Source of the DNA: a virus
Taxonomy: Duplodnaviria > Caudoviricetes
Reading direction: 5' to 3' (one strand)
Length of the DNA stretch: 64,000 nucleotides
Virus record (IMG/VR): IMGVR_UViG_3300047539_000055
Positions 55,601-64,000 of this stretch are shown here, piece after piece; position 1 is the stretch's first letter, and the number at the start of each line of letters is the position of its first letter. Made by a program: the position numbers and the translations under genes. The notes below the pieces were generated by a model. That model saw nothing but the letters and a program-made list of their open reading frames with translations. It searched no databases and was not told the DNA's origin.

Positions 55601-57337
55601 ACGAATACCGCCATGAGTTCCTTGTGCCAAAACACTAAGCAACTTATATTTTTCTGCCGTAAGCATTTCCATAGCAGCAAAAATTGCTTTCAATCCTGGA
55701 TGATCCAACATTTTTTTAGTTTTTTCAGCACTAAGATTTTTAGCAGCCCAAGCTATAAATTGTTTAGTAACTTGTTCTACACGAAAATTTTGATTGAAAA
55801 ATTTGTATAATATATCGCCGGGACGAGACAACCCCGGCTGACCAGCAACAAAAGAATCAATGATTTTAGCGTTCTTACTGATAAAAGCTGCAACTTTATC
55901 CAATCCCTTTATATCAATTTTAGGAATTGATTCTACATATGTTGTTCCCACGACGAGAACATCATCTGATGATAATTTTGAAACATTTGGATATCTTTCT
56001 TCATCTGCTCCAATATATTTGTAATAGCCAGTAGCGGCGATCATTACTTTTGCTTTTGAAATCCGTTGACCAAGTTCAGAGTCAGCAGGAACATGAAATT
56101 CTGTAACATTTGGCTTAAAATCCCACTCATTCGTTTTAGGATTTAATGTTGCAGGATCACCGGGCCAAAATAACAATCCACCTTCAATAAATCCTTTCTT
56201 TGGACTTATCTTTTCAAAATAGCTCCATAATTTAGATAAATTTTGAGCGTATTTTTGACGAAGTAATTCTTGACCTTGTTCAACATTTCCAGTAGTAGCA
56301 ATAAATTTTTCTACATCTTTTGAACTACCCAGCAAAGTTTGAACTCCACCCTTAGTAGTTTGAACTCCTCTTTTGAGATATTCCACCGCATTCTTAGGTA
56401 ACATATGAAACTTGCCAGTATCATCACGGCCCCAATATAAAACTGGGCTTCCATCCATTTTTAATTCTATACCCTTTCCTTCACTACTCATCTCCTTCAA
56501 TCGTTCAACAGCATGAAGTCCACCAATGCTACCATTGGTAAAAACTAAATCTTCAATATGTTGATATTTGCGACCCACCTGGGGGGCAGCCGCCTCTGTA
56601 ATCGGACGAACAGCATCCCATCGTTCATAACTGTAAGCCAAATCAACCATCGCTCGTTTTTGTGCTGGATCGGGTATAGCAGCAATAATACTTTCAACAC
56701 TACCAAGATCAGATGCTTTAGCGTTTGAACCGATTAAATAGTGAGCAATTTCGTTTAAGTCGTCGGTAATGAAACTTGATTTCTTTCCATCGGAATCTCG
56801 CATAAAAAGACCTTCATCAGAACTCCAAACGAAACCTTGGCTTGTTGCCAATGCATTAATAAGTAATTGCTTATGTAAACCTTTAAACGGACTATTTTTA
56901 GGAAGGATATGTGTATGAAACAATCTGATGCGTTCTGCATTTTTTACAGGCTTAATATCAACTTGATAAAATTTACCTTTAAATGGAAGCAAAATATGAA
57001 CTGTAATTCCAGTTTTTCTGGTCTTTAATCCCTTTTGTTGAAGATATTGCTCAAATTTTTGACGAATTATTTTTGAATCAGAAATTTTGAAAGTATTTTC
57101 CAAGTGAGTTAGATCAACTAAAACATCTAAATCTCCGCTCATTTTTCCGCTGGTGGGTGTGGCTGCACTACCAATTACGTAAGCTTGTAAACCAATATCA
57201 TGAAGATACCTATCAGTTTCAGCTACCAATTGAGAAGCAATGACTTGATCAAAATGACTACTTTCTGGCCAAATATTACCGCCTTCAAATAGTGTTGTAC
57301 TTCTCCAAGCATGATTATACAAGTCATTTAATAGCAT
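52643..57337 (-). CDS. Polyvalent protein: Pol-beta NTase, KxDG ligase-like, HxGH nucleotidyltransferase, SprT-like protease, ParB-like and 3x GWxLPxG domain
   Basis: GSAA...SGDLDV; ELKMDGSP; GRGMGHKGH; AHELCH...GHG..W; VDGHHR. Confidence 0.8.
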   Translation of the reverse strand: MLLNDLYNHAWRSTTLFEGGNIWPESSHFDQVIASQLVAETDRYLHDIGLQAYVIGSAATPTSGKMSGDLDVLVDLTHLENTFKISDSKIIRQKFEQYLQQKGLKTRKTGITVHILLPFKGKFYQVDIKPVKNAERIRLFHTHILPKNSPFKGLHKQLLINALATSQGFVWSSDEGLFMRDSDGKKSSFITDDLNEIAHYLIGSNAKASDLGSVESIIAAIPDPAQKRAMVDLAYSYERWDAVRPITEAAAPQVGRKYQHIEDLVFTNGSIGGLHAVERLKEMSSEGKGIELKMDGSPVLYWGRDDTGKFHMLPKNAVEYLKRGVQTTKGGVQTLLGSSKDVEKFIATTGNVEQGQELLRQKYAQNLSKLWSYFEKISPKKGFIEGGLLFWPGDPATLNPKTNEWDFKPNVTEFHVPADSELGQRISKAKVMIAATGYYKYIGADEERYPNVSKLSSDDVLVVGTTYVESIPKIDIKGLDKVAAFISKNAKIIDSFVAGQPGLSRPGDILYKFFNQNFRVEQVTKQFIAWAAKNLSAEKTKKMLDHPGLKAIFAAMEMLTAEKYKLLSVLAQGTHGGIRQTNPEGYVQAHSDKKFKYDLPGQFIKAIDQKNWNPKMKADRLQEDLQRTGNSKIAVLGWGRGMGHKGHMFLASSVLTQAKKMGGDPYFVVSRTMGKDDPITPREKLAIYRKVFPSQKKIFFAATDEMPDLTRVLRKLQEMGYTQLTVVVGEDQVNALSYVKKYNGVSNNKGEIPFSFDKIDVISRQETGDPSSTEAGPRATPMRDILRDPQATVQQKIQIWRSAMNSSISDKDVMILMKKAAKRLGVPIQEANDIYNFSELVEVKENLNQIFEGHSITEDGYRANAGMFRKAILSQAERDDILHELLSHFKISKVPPIGIHSVKMKKYCLGVTYWAINHTLYVGINPDAARDAFIYKSVLAHELCHVEDFLNNIFPRWLDNEKPDIEDEESEPNWSKNDDDDDGSGTEEVDIDGHGPKWLQIANRINGIYGNNFITIYTGDRFKYSLVGNIKTGKLYIPKEPVTEAVDNQINDDGWILPSGKFIPLNFRLSNHLMILRDHGMDSYKEAYKEGWIHLYILNRTTVELDTTTVGTENSKKLMNVVRTRLAQKYPSIILSIWGESGFKKKTLEWNGRYFDTYRRRDESINEGISVQQVGQDGWLLPTGKFIPNAPGEGHWNTLKKAGIKTYTSAWRKGWLHVSCQGRGECVIQTILPYERVCKRSEKIATDIQSSFPNIFLLCGESFGNDEYEWTGKEFVRNAKRRNMYESYGSPATKARHSFFVHTASSLISRDDVAKHLASLWHHSVTPEQVNHLLQADWYELKKVPLDLIRAEEGCFSEEQAKEYGSRLTPLPPVILQPRDYWDDDSPIVDGHHRAYAAYLRGDKDIMAYVPVEDSLIPPRGGRFAANHIFESYDTPATKASGVAFIKRNGSKTSPIDDDGWLLPNGTFVPNGITRGHVTTALKMGFKYGYDAAYEAGLIRLSIYIHQFETSQQMSPRLENLVIKAIKRMRSSQDATLISGSGSPFYKRFNWDGKQLVSQNRRAW
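53016..53483. repeat. 33-nt direct repeat (31/33 identical) flanking the ParB-like module
   Basis: 53016-53048 and 53451-53483, encoding ESYxxPATKA. Confidence 0.9.
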
Positions 57338-57357
57338 AGTATGAGTATTTATTCAAA

Positions 57358-57933
57358 CTACTCTATATGTTGTTCCCTTTGATCTAACGACACATCGGAA
57401 GCCTTGACAGCTTCAATTTTTTTGATTATTGCAGGGTTAAAAATCACAACGATGGTTTCAGCCCTTCCAGCAAAACCACGAGATATTTCATAATCGGCAC
57501 CGTGATTTACAATAAACTTTCTCAATTCAACCGTATTTTTTGGTGACAAACATTGATAATTTACACAAAGGTTAACCAACACTTCAAGAAATAGCTTTCC
57601 AAGTCTGTTGATATTGTTCGTCAAATCTTCAATCATTGGCTTGCGATACTGACCAATTACATATCGTTTAACAAAATCAATTGCTTCTTGTAACTCAATA
57701 GTGACTTTAGAAATATCTGTTCCCTTTTCAATTGTGAGTTTAAAAGTTGTTCCGCCGCCTTTGGCGTACTTTCTGGCAGTTTCATAATGAGTAGTGAGAT
57801 ATAAACCTGGGCCGTATTCCCATCGGCCTTTCTTAGCGGGAATCATATTCATCTGATTGAATTGAAGATTTCTTCCACCATGCCAAAGGGTCATGGTTTG
57901 CGACACATCTTCAATTACTTCGTTTATCTTCAT
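57358..57933 (-). CDS. ADP-ribosyltransferase (polyvalent-protein H-Y-E type)
   Basis: LWHG...YGPGLYLT....A..YA...E.IVVIF; MKINEVIE N-terminus. Confidence 0.7.
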   Translation of the reverse strand: MKINEVIEDVSQTMTLWHGGRNLQFNQMNMIPAKKGRWEYGPGLYLTTHYETARKYAKGGGTTFKLTIEKGTDISKVTIELQEAIDFVKRYVIGQYRKPMIEDLTNNINRLGKLFLEVLVNLCVNYQCLSPKNTVELRKFIVNHGADYEISRGFAGRAETIVVIFNPAIIKKIEAVKASDVSLDQREQHIE

Positions 57934-58463
57934 GTGATTCCATATATCTTGTTAAGTTTGGAAATAACCTCTGGAAACCAAGCATTTTTGTAGAGTATTC
58001 CAATTCCGCCAGCCGCGTTCCATTTATTAATATTGTCAGGATGATCATCAATCAAAATATTTGGTCTGCCTTTTGTAGTGGCGTATTTTTCTTTATCAAA
58101 TTCATAAATTACTGGAATAACAGATACTCCATGCCGATGTAACCAAATATTTTTTCCAGCAATACAATCTTTTGTACCCGGTTCTCGTACAGGTCGGCTC
58201 AAAAAAGTAACTGGAATATACTGAGATAATATCCATCCCAACATACTCTTGCCATTACTTTCCCATTCCGCATTAGCAAAAAAGTCCTTAAGATTAGCTG
58301 TATTTAACACATTTGTCCAATACTTATTGTTGAATCCCAACAAATCATATTCTGCCAAGGATACATTATTGTATTCAGCGATAGCTTTATCAAGCCATAC
58401 AACAACACCATCTAAATCCAAATATATTTTAGCGGGGTGATGTTCGATTTCTTCTATTCTCAT
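57930..58463 (-). CDS. HAD-family 5'(3')-nucleotidase
   Basis: IYLDLDGV, GK..W, ILIDD...N...W...GG.GI. Confidence 0.85.
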   Translation of the reverse strand: MRIEEIEHHPAKIYLDLDGVVVWLDKAIAEYNNVSLAEYDLLGFNNKYWTNVLNTANLKDFFANAEWESNGKSMLGWILSQYIPVTFLSRPVREPGTKDCIAGKNIWLHRHGVSVIPVIYEFDKEKYATTKGRPNILIDDHPDNINKWNAAGGIGILYKNAWFPEVISKLNKIYGIT

Positions 58464-58552
58464 ATTCATATTTATTCCTTTGTGTTATAATAGAATTATA
58501 TACTAATTACGCAGAATCTTCTGAAAAAAGATAAATAAAGAGGAGACAACTT

Positions 58553-59494
58553 ATGAGCCAACAATCAACAACTCAAATTTTTATTAATAAAGCCAAAATT
58601 AAACATCACCATTTTTACGATTATACCTTGGTGGAATACAGCAACAATTTCACCAAAGTCAGAATTATTTGCCCTATACATGGAGAATTTCAACAGCGAC
58701 CAAACCAGCATTTAAATGGTAATGGTTGTTACGAATGTGGCAGAATCAAAACAATTCAAAAGCAAACCGGTTTGCTATCAGACTTTATCAATAGAGCAAA
58801 TATCATTCATAGCAAATTTTATAGTTATGAAAATGCTAAGTATCAAACCGCAAGGATCAAATTACTTGTTACCTGTCCAATACATGGAGATTTTTCAATT
58901 ACACCAGATAATCATTTACGTGACAAAGGATGTCATAAATGTGCCAAAATGATTATAAATCGCCATCGAACCGCCAAATCTAAGAATTTTAAAGAGAAAG
59001 CAAGATTGTATCATAATAATTTTTACACTTATGAAAATTCTATCTTTAATGGAGTACGAGAAAAATTACTGGTTACTTGTCCAATACACAGAGATTTTTC
59101 TGTTACTCCAGATAATCATTTGCGTGGTAGAGGCTGTCCCTCGTGTAACAACAGCCGAGGAGAAACTAAAATTGAAAACATACTTATAAAATTAGGTGTG
59201 CCATTTTCAAAGCAAATCAGATTCAATGATTGTAAATTTAAAAGAGCACTTCCATTTGATTTTGGTGTGTACAACAATAATCAAAAACTCAATGGGTTAA
59301 TCGAATTTCAAGGAAAACAACATTTCAAACCAGTTTTCATTTGGAATGGAAATGATGGTCTTAAAACTATTCAAGAGCGAGACAAAATTAAAATGGAATA
59401 CTGTATGTCGCACAGAATTCCCTTGTTAGAGTTAAATTACAATGAATCAAAAACGATGGAAAAGAAAATTTTATCCTTTATTTTTCTTCTTTGA
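58553..59494 (+). CDS. Putative homing endonuclease (3x CPIHGxF plus Vsr-like domain)
   Basis: Repeats plus LPFDFGV...LIEFQGKQH. Confidence 0.8.
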   Translation: MSQQSTTQIFINKAKIKHHHFYDYTLVEYSNNFTKVRIICPIHGEFQQRPNQHLNGNGCYECGRIKTIQKQTGLLSDFINRANIIHSKFYSYENAKYQTARIKLLVTCPIHGDFSITPDNHLRDKGCHKCAKMIINRHRTAKSKNFKEKARLYHNNFYTYENSIFNGVREKLLVTCPIHRDFSVTPDNHLRGRGCPSCNNSRGETKIENILIKLGVPFSKQIRFNDCKFKRALPFDFGVYNNNQKLNGLIEFQGKQHFKPVFIWNGNDGLKTIQERDKIKMEYCMSHRIPLLELNYNESKTMEKKILSFIFLL

Positions 59495-60466
59495 CAAAAC
59501 TACTCTGGAAGTTTGTGGTATTGAAACATTAGGTATTGAAACATCTGTTGAAGAAATTGAAATATTCCCTGTTGTCATAGCCAATAATTCAGCTTCTTGC
59601 TTTTTCTTTTCAATATATTTGTTTAATGCTTCCATATCGGGTTGTACGCAGAGTTTGGCAGATTCATCTGCTATCTCGTCCTTCCTCATAGCAATTCTTG
59701 GAGTAAGGTGAGGAACATCTTCCAACTTCAATCCCATGCTGGTATACAATGCGGTAGGATCGCCAGGAAATACAAAAGTTCCACTATGATTGAGACGAAC
59801 TGTTGGGTCTGCATATGCTTGAATACCAATTACTCGACTCTTGACAATAAATCCCCAATCTTCTGACAAATATTCACGATTTGCGTCTTGACTAATCCAA
59901 CAATCAAAGAAAGTGTAGCAAAATGGATTGAACTTTGGATCAAGTCCAATGTTATTTGTAAATTTGGTATTTGGATATGCGGCCATATGCTTTTCAAAAA
60001 CATTGCGTTTGATAAGCATAAACCCAGTTCCCAAACGGCTTACAGGAATTAAAGTGTCCAGATTTTTTATTTGACCCTCTTCACTAACTGCATCTGGACT
60101 GACATTGACTACATAATCAGGAGGGAGAGCCTTTTTGGGATATAAACCACCAACAATATCCTTGTCATGCAACAACAATTTGAAAATATGTTCTGGTTCA
60201 AAACCGATATCACTATCAATAAACATTAGATGGGTTGCAACACCATTTTCTAAAAACTTCGCTGCCAAATGGTTTCTTGCTCGTTGAATCAAACTTTCAT
60301 TGATCATTGTGTCGAGGGAAAATGGCATTCCCATTCGTTGAGCATAAATTACAAATTTGATAAGAGAAGTCATGACACACTCATGAACCATTCCTGCGTA
60401 GCAAGGTAGTCCAAATTGCACATGCTGTTTTCTAAGATATTCTACTTGTTCTGCGGTTATATTCAT
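59471..60466 (-). CDS. GT-A-fold glycosyltransferase-like protein
   Basis: ESLIQRARN, THLMFIDSDI, GTGFMLI, YLSEDW. Confidence 0.75.
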   Translation of the reverse strand: MNITAEQVEYLRKQHVQFGLPCYAGMVHECVMTSLIKFVIYAQRMGMPFSLDTMINESLIQRARNHLAAKFLENGVATHLMFIDSDIGFEPEHIFKLLLHDKDIVGGLYPKKALPPDYVVNVSPDAVSEEGQIKNLDTLIPVSRLGTGFMLIKRNVFEKHMAAYPNTKFTNNIGLDPKFNPFCYTFFDCWISQDANREYLSEDWGFIVKSRVIGIQAYADPTVRLNHSGTFVFPGDPTALYTSMGLKLEDVPHLTPRIAMRKDEIADESAKLCVQPDMEALNKYIEKKKQEAELLAMTTGNISISSTDVSIPNVSIPQTSRVVLSKKKNKG

Positions 60467-60619
60467 TGGATTCCTTATGGTATATATTACAACTATAGAG
60501 GATTGTTTTGTAAATGTCAAGAAAAATCTAAAGTCACATACCGTACATTCAAAACATTTTATCCCATTTTGATAAATATTATTGAACTTTGTTTTATTGT
60601 AATATTTTTGGAGAAAACT

Positions 60620-61132
60620 ATGATTGACTTAGAACACTTAGCAAAAGAGTTTGAAAAACTTCATGATGCATTACCCACACTTCGCGAACGAGTATCGAAA
60701 ATGGAAGAATGGCAACGCGCTCATCCAGATATTCACCGACTTGAAAAAGAAGGTGTTGCTACTGCATTTACAGCGGCAAATATCGCACTTTCCACTGCAA
60801 AAGAAGAGATTGAACGGCGTTTACTGGCTGGAAATAAATTAAGAGAACAGATTGAGAGTGAACGCGGCAGTTTTGTCGCAAGAGAATTGTATGATAGAGA
60901 ACACGACGCTTTAGGTCAAGAAATCGTTGATGTCCGAAATCAATTCGTTGAAGAACGAAATCTTTATGTCACGCGAGAAATGCATGACAAAGAACATGAA
61001 CAACTACGCATGGATATCAGTGACCTACGCAAAAGTCGTGATACAGGGTCGGGTGAAAGAACTATTTTAGAAAAACTATGGCCGTTTATAATGGCTGGAC
61101 TAACAGGAATAATTGGACATTTTTGGCGCTAA
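60620..61132 (+). CDS. Coiled-coil protein with C-terminal membrane anchor
   Basis: GGAG RBS; internal duplication ER..[FY]V.RE..D.EH; hydrophobic tail. Confidence 0.6.
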   Translation: MIDLEHLAKEFEKLHDALPTLRERVSKMEEWQRAHPDIHRLEKEGVATAFTAANIALSTAKEEIERRLLAGNKLREQIESERGSFVARELYDREHDALGQEIVDVRNQFVEERNLYVTREMHDKEHEQLRMDISDLRKSRDTGSGERTILEKLWPFIMAGLTGIIGHFWR

Positions 61133-61569
61133 AAAGACAGCTTGATTGAATCCACAATACCATTTGAAATATTACTGATATTTGCTCTCAACCAAGCGTA
61201 TTGACCAGTCGCAATGAAAAATTGATTAAGTTCAATTGTTTTTCCAGAGTATGGCACACCAGGAACTGGAATGGTATAAGTATATCCCAAATCGGTGGCA
61301 ACATTACCCGTCATTGTATTTGTCAATTGAACAGGGAGCCACGCCCCGGTATTTGAATATCGGTCAAGAGTGCCTTCAATTGAAATATTTCCGTTGAAAT
61401 TAATTGTGTGGACTTGAATCGTGTGTTGACCGCTGGCGCGATGAACAAGTCCATCACCTTTGCATGATGGACTAACAAAACTGGTCTGCTTAGTGTGCTG
61501 ATTTTCTACGCTTCCGTAGTAATTTAACCCCGACACCATCACTTCGCCAAAATCAGTTTTTCCTTTCAT
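61129..61569 (-). CDS. Hypothetical beta-rich protein
   Basis: KGDG......HT, FNG.I.IEGTL, G.YAWLRA. Confidence 0.65.
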   Translation of the reverse strand: MKGKTDFGEVMVSGLNYYGSVENQHTKQTSFVSPSCKGDGLVHRASGQHTIQVHTINFNGNISIEGTLDRYSNTGAWLPVQLTNTMTGNVATDLGYTYTIPVPGVPYSGKTIELNQFFIATGQYAWLRANISNISNGIVDSIKLSF

Positions 61570-61582
61570 ACTACTCCATTAC

Positions 61583-61744
61583 TTAAATGATTTCAACAAC
61601 AATGGTTTCATCATCAACTAATTGTTCTACTGCTGATTGAATTGTTTCCAATTCTTCATCAGTTAATGCAATTTCATCTTGATTATCGTTTTTAACCAAC
61701 TTACTTAACTGAATTACCCACTTCCCTTCAATAATTTTTGCCAT
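61583..61744 (-). CDS. Small hypothetical protein (53 aa)
   Basis: AAGGA RBS; MAKII...IQLSKLVK...VEQLV....VVE. Confidence 0.6.
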   Translation of the reverse strand: MAKIIEGKWVIQLSKLVKNDNQDEIALTDEELETIQSAVEQLVDDETIVVEII

Positions 61745-61758
61745 ATCATTTCCTTTCT

Positions 61759-64000
61759 TTAAATTTCCTTTTTAATTTTGATTGATTCCTTGACTGCAAC
61801 CTTAATCTTTTTTGCTTCAATCACCAATACATCAGTGACCCAATCAAGATGAATTGTGCTGTTATTCTTAATCTTTCCCTTCAACAATTGAATGCTGAGA
61901 GGATAGTTGATAATATCATCCACAGTTCCAGCTATCTTTCTTGCGCCATACTCACTGTTCTTATTTAGTTTCAGAATATGAGTAATGAGCGCTTCACTCG
62001 CCACGATACGAAGATTACGAGAAGTAAGCATCTTACCAATTTCAGTAATTCTTTCAGCCACAATCCTGCGATAGCTGAGTTCGTCCAAATCAACAAACTC
62101 AACAATACTAGTCATACGGCCACGCATTTCAGTCAGGAAGAAATCATTGACTGCCTTAGCAGATGCAGATTTTCCTGTTTTATTTGTGTCAAAACCCAAC
62201 TGAGCCTTTGCGCCCTCACGAGTTCCAAGATTGCTTGTCATGATGATAATGCAATTCTTGGCACTGGCAACCTTACCAGTAGTGCCAGTAATTTCACCAT
62301 CATCAAGCAAACTCAAAAATACATTGAATGTATCAGGATGTGCCTTTTCAACTTCATCAAAAAGAATAACACTGTTTGGATGCTTCAACAAATCATTGAC
62401 AAGCTGACCTTCACCAGTTTTACCGTCACCAAAACCAACATATCCAGGAGGCGCACCAATCAATCTAGCAACGGCATGTTTCTCCTGAAATTCACTCATA
62501 TCATACTTGGTAAAATGCATATTCAAGTTTTCTGCTAACTGACGAGCCAAATATGTCTTACCAACACCACTCGGCCCAACAAATAGAAAACTACCAATTG
62601 GTTTCTTTGGATTCTTGAGTCCTGCTTGACTAATAATCAAGCATTGTGACACACGATCAACTGCCTTATTTTGATGGAAAACGCTGTTATTGAGTCTATC
62701 ACCCAGAGTTAGAATAAACTTGGCAGCATCCCCGCTTGTGGCTTCACTCTTTACAGTAATTCCAGTCATATCAGTAATTTCACGAATGATGCTTGCTCTA
62801 TCAACCTTGTTCCCTTCAGTTTCAAGAACCTTCTTACGAGCGCAAGCACTGTCCAAAATATCAACTGCCTTATCTGGCAACTTTTTGTCTGGTTGATACT
62901 TGACGGTCAATTCAATGGCGGCATCAAGAGCCGTATCATTGATTTTTACCTTATGAAATTCTTCAATTGTAGAACGAGTTCCCTTCAAAATTTCAAGAGT
63001 TTCTGCAAGAGATGGTTCATCAACTGCCGTTACACGAAAACGGCGCATAAGAGCAGTATTTTTTTCAAAAGTTTGGCGGAATCCTTCCCAAGTTGTTGAC
63101 GCAATTACCTTGATTGTTCCACGACTCAATTCGGGCATGAGCATTGAAGCCAAGCCAAGGCCCATTTGTCCTTTGCCATCGCCCGTATCAATCTGGTGGG
63201 CTTCGTCAATAAACAAAATGGCATTTGGTTTGGTGGCAAGTTCTTTCAAAATATCTGTGACCTTCTCTTCAAAGTCACCACGGAATTTGCTTCCAGAAAT
63301 TAGCGTGCCAACATCAAGGCTGAAAATTTCTTTGCCCTTGAGTGAGGATGGAACCTTACCATCATTGATACGCTGTGCCAAGCCTTCAACAATCATAGAC
63401 TTGCCAACACCAGGATCACCAATAAGCAACACATTGCATTTCTTGCGCTTGCTAAGAGTATGGGCAATTGTAAAAATTTCCTTATCCCTACCAATTAGCG
63501 GATCGGCAACCTTATCTTTTGCTTTTTCGTTTAGATTCTGGCAATACTGCGTAAGTGCGCTTTCAGAGGAACCTCCCATATTATGTACGATATCCACGGT
63601 AGCAGTTATATCCTTTCTGAGTTGAATAATCATTTCCTCGGTTATGCCGTACTTACTGAGAAAGTAAGAGGCGTGAGTTTCACGAGCATTGAGCAAAGTA
63701 AGCAACATATCGGAAATATCAACTTCCCGTTTTTCTGCTTTTGCCAAATCTTGGATAGTGCGGATTATGCTTGCAACTTCGGATGTTAGTTGACCTTCCA
63801 TAACATTAGGGTCAGGGTTTTTCATTTGATTCTTTAGCAGATGGGAATTTTCCTGAATATGCTCAAGTATTTCAACGCTCAACATATTCATTTCAATACC
63901 TTTGGCAGTGAAATATCGTCTAATCAAATTGCTTTGAATTAACGCACATAGCATATGCTCGGTAGTAATTGTAGTTTGCTCCATACTCATTGCTATAGCA
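61759..64000 (-). CDS. clpA: ClpA/ClpB-family Hsp100 ATPase (5' end beyond the window)
   Basis: Two AAA modules GDPGVGKS and GPSGVGKT; LPDKAVD, DMSEF.EKH, LIGAPPGYVG. Confidence 0.92.
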   Translation of the reverse strand, partial: AIAMSMEQTTITTEHMLCALIQSNLIRRYFTAKGIEMNMLSVEILEHIQENSHLLKNQMKNPDPNVMEGQLTSEVASIIRTIQDLAKAEKREVDISDMLLTLLNARETHASYFLSKYGITEEMIIQLRKDITATVDIVHNMGGSSESALTQYCQNLNEKAKDKVADPLIGRDKEIFTIAHTLSKRKKCNVLLIGDPGVGKSMIVEGLAQRINDGKVPSSLKGKEIFSLDVGTLISGSKFRGDFEEKVTDILKELATKPNAILFIDEAHQIDTGDGKGQMGLGLASMLMPELSRGTIKVIASTTWEGFRQTFEKNTALMRRFRVTAVDEPSLAETLEILKGTRSTIEEFHKVKINDTALDAAIELTVKYQPDKKLPDKAVDILDSACARKKVLETEGNKVDRASIIREITDMTGITVKSEATSGDAAKFILTLGDRLNNSVFHQNKAVDRVSQCLIISQAGLKNPKKPIGSFLFVGPSGVGKTYLARQLAENLNMHFTKYDMSEFQEKHAVARLIGAPPGYVGFGDGKTGEGQLVNDLLKHPNSVILFDEVEKAHPDTFNVFLSLLDDGEITGTTGKVASAKNCIIIMTSNLGTREGAKAQLGFDTNKTGKSASAKAVNDFFLTEMRGRMTSIVEFVDLDELSYRRIVAERITEIGKMLTSRNLRIVASEALITHILKLNKNSEYGARKIAGTVDDIINYPLSIQLLKGKIKNNSTIHLDWVTDVLVIEAKKIKVAVKESIKIKKEI

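Overview
A 64-kb segment of a large, AT-rich T4-superfamily myophage genome read in the standard genetic code. 1-15 kb (+): small accessory ORFs, an Rnl2-like RNA ligase, and a ~7.7-kb array of 22 tRNAs plus one degenerate tRNA. The array is interleaved with homing endonucleases, iscA and unexplained structured spacers; a 186-nt 'giant' tRNA-like RNA lies upstream at 280. 15-31 kb (mostly -): head and tail module (gp23, gp22, gp21, gp20, tape measure, gp26/gp51-like). 32-44 kb (-): MoxR/vWA pair, Acb1/gp57B-like 2H phosphoesterase, RNase H, sliding clamp, family-B polymerase, DsbA. 45-58.5 kb (-): a cluster of probable capsid-packaged multi-domain proteins. The window ends inside a ClpA/B gene. 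Two candidate novel systems stand out. (1) Immediately upstream of the tRNA array is a sigma70 promoter, a 28-codon leader ORF and an overlapping antiterminator/terminator pair. The leader codons mirror the anticodons of the array, which suggests a ribosome-stalling attenuator that switches phage tRNAs on when host tRNAs are depleted. (2) Polyvalent proteins have domains separated by prohead-protease-like (hydrophobic-x-E|S/A/G/D) linkers, some of them repeated at the DNA level, suggesting shufflable polyproteins cut into effectors inside the head. All calls are by-eye motif recognition; no database searches or folding programs were run.
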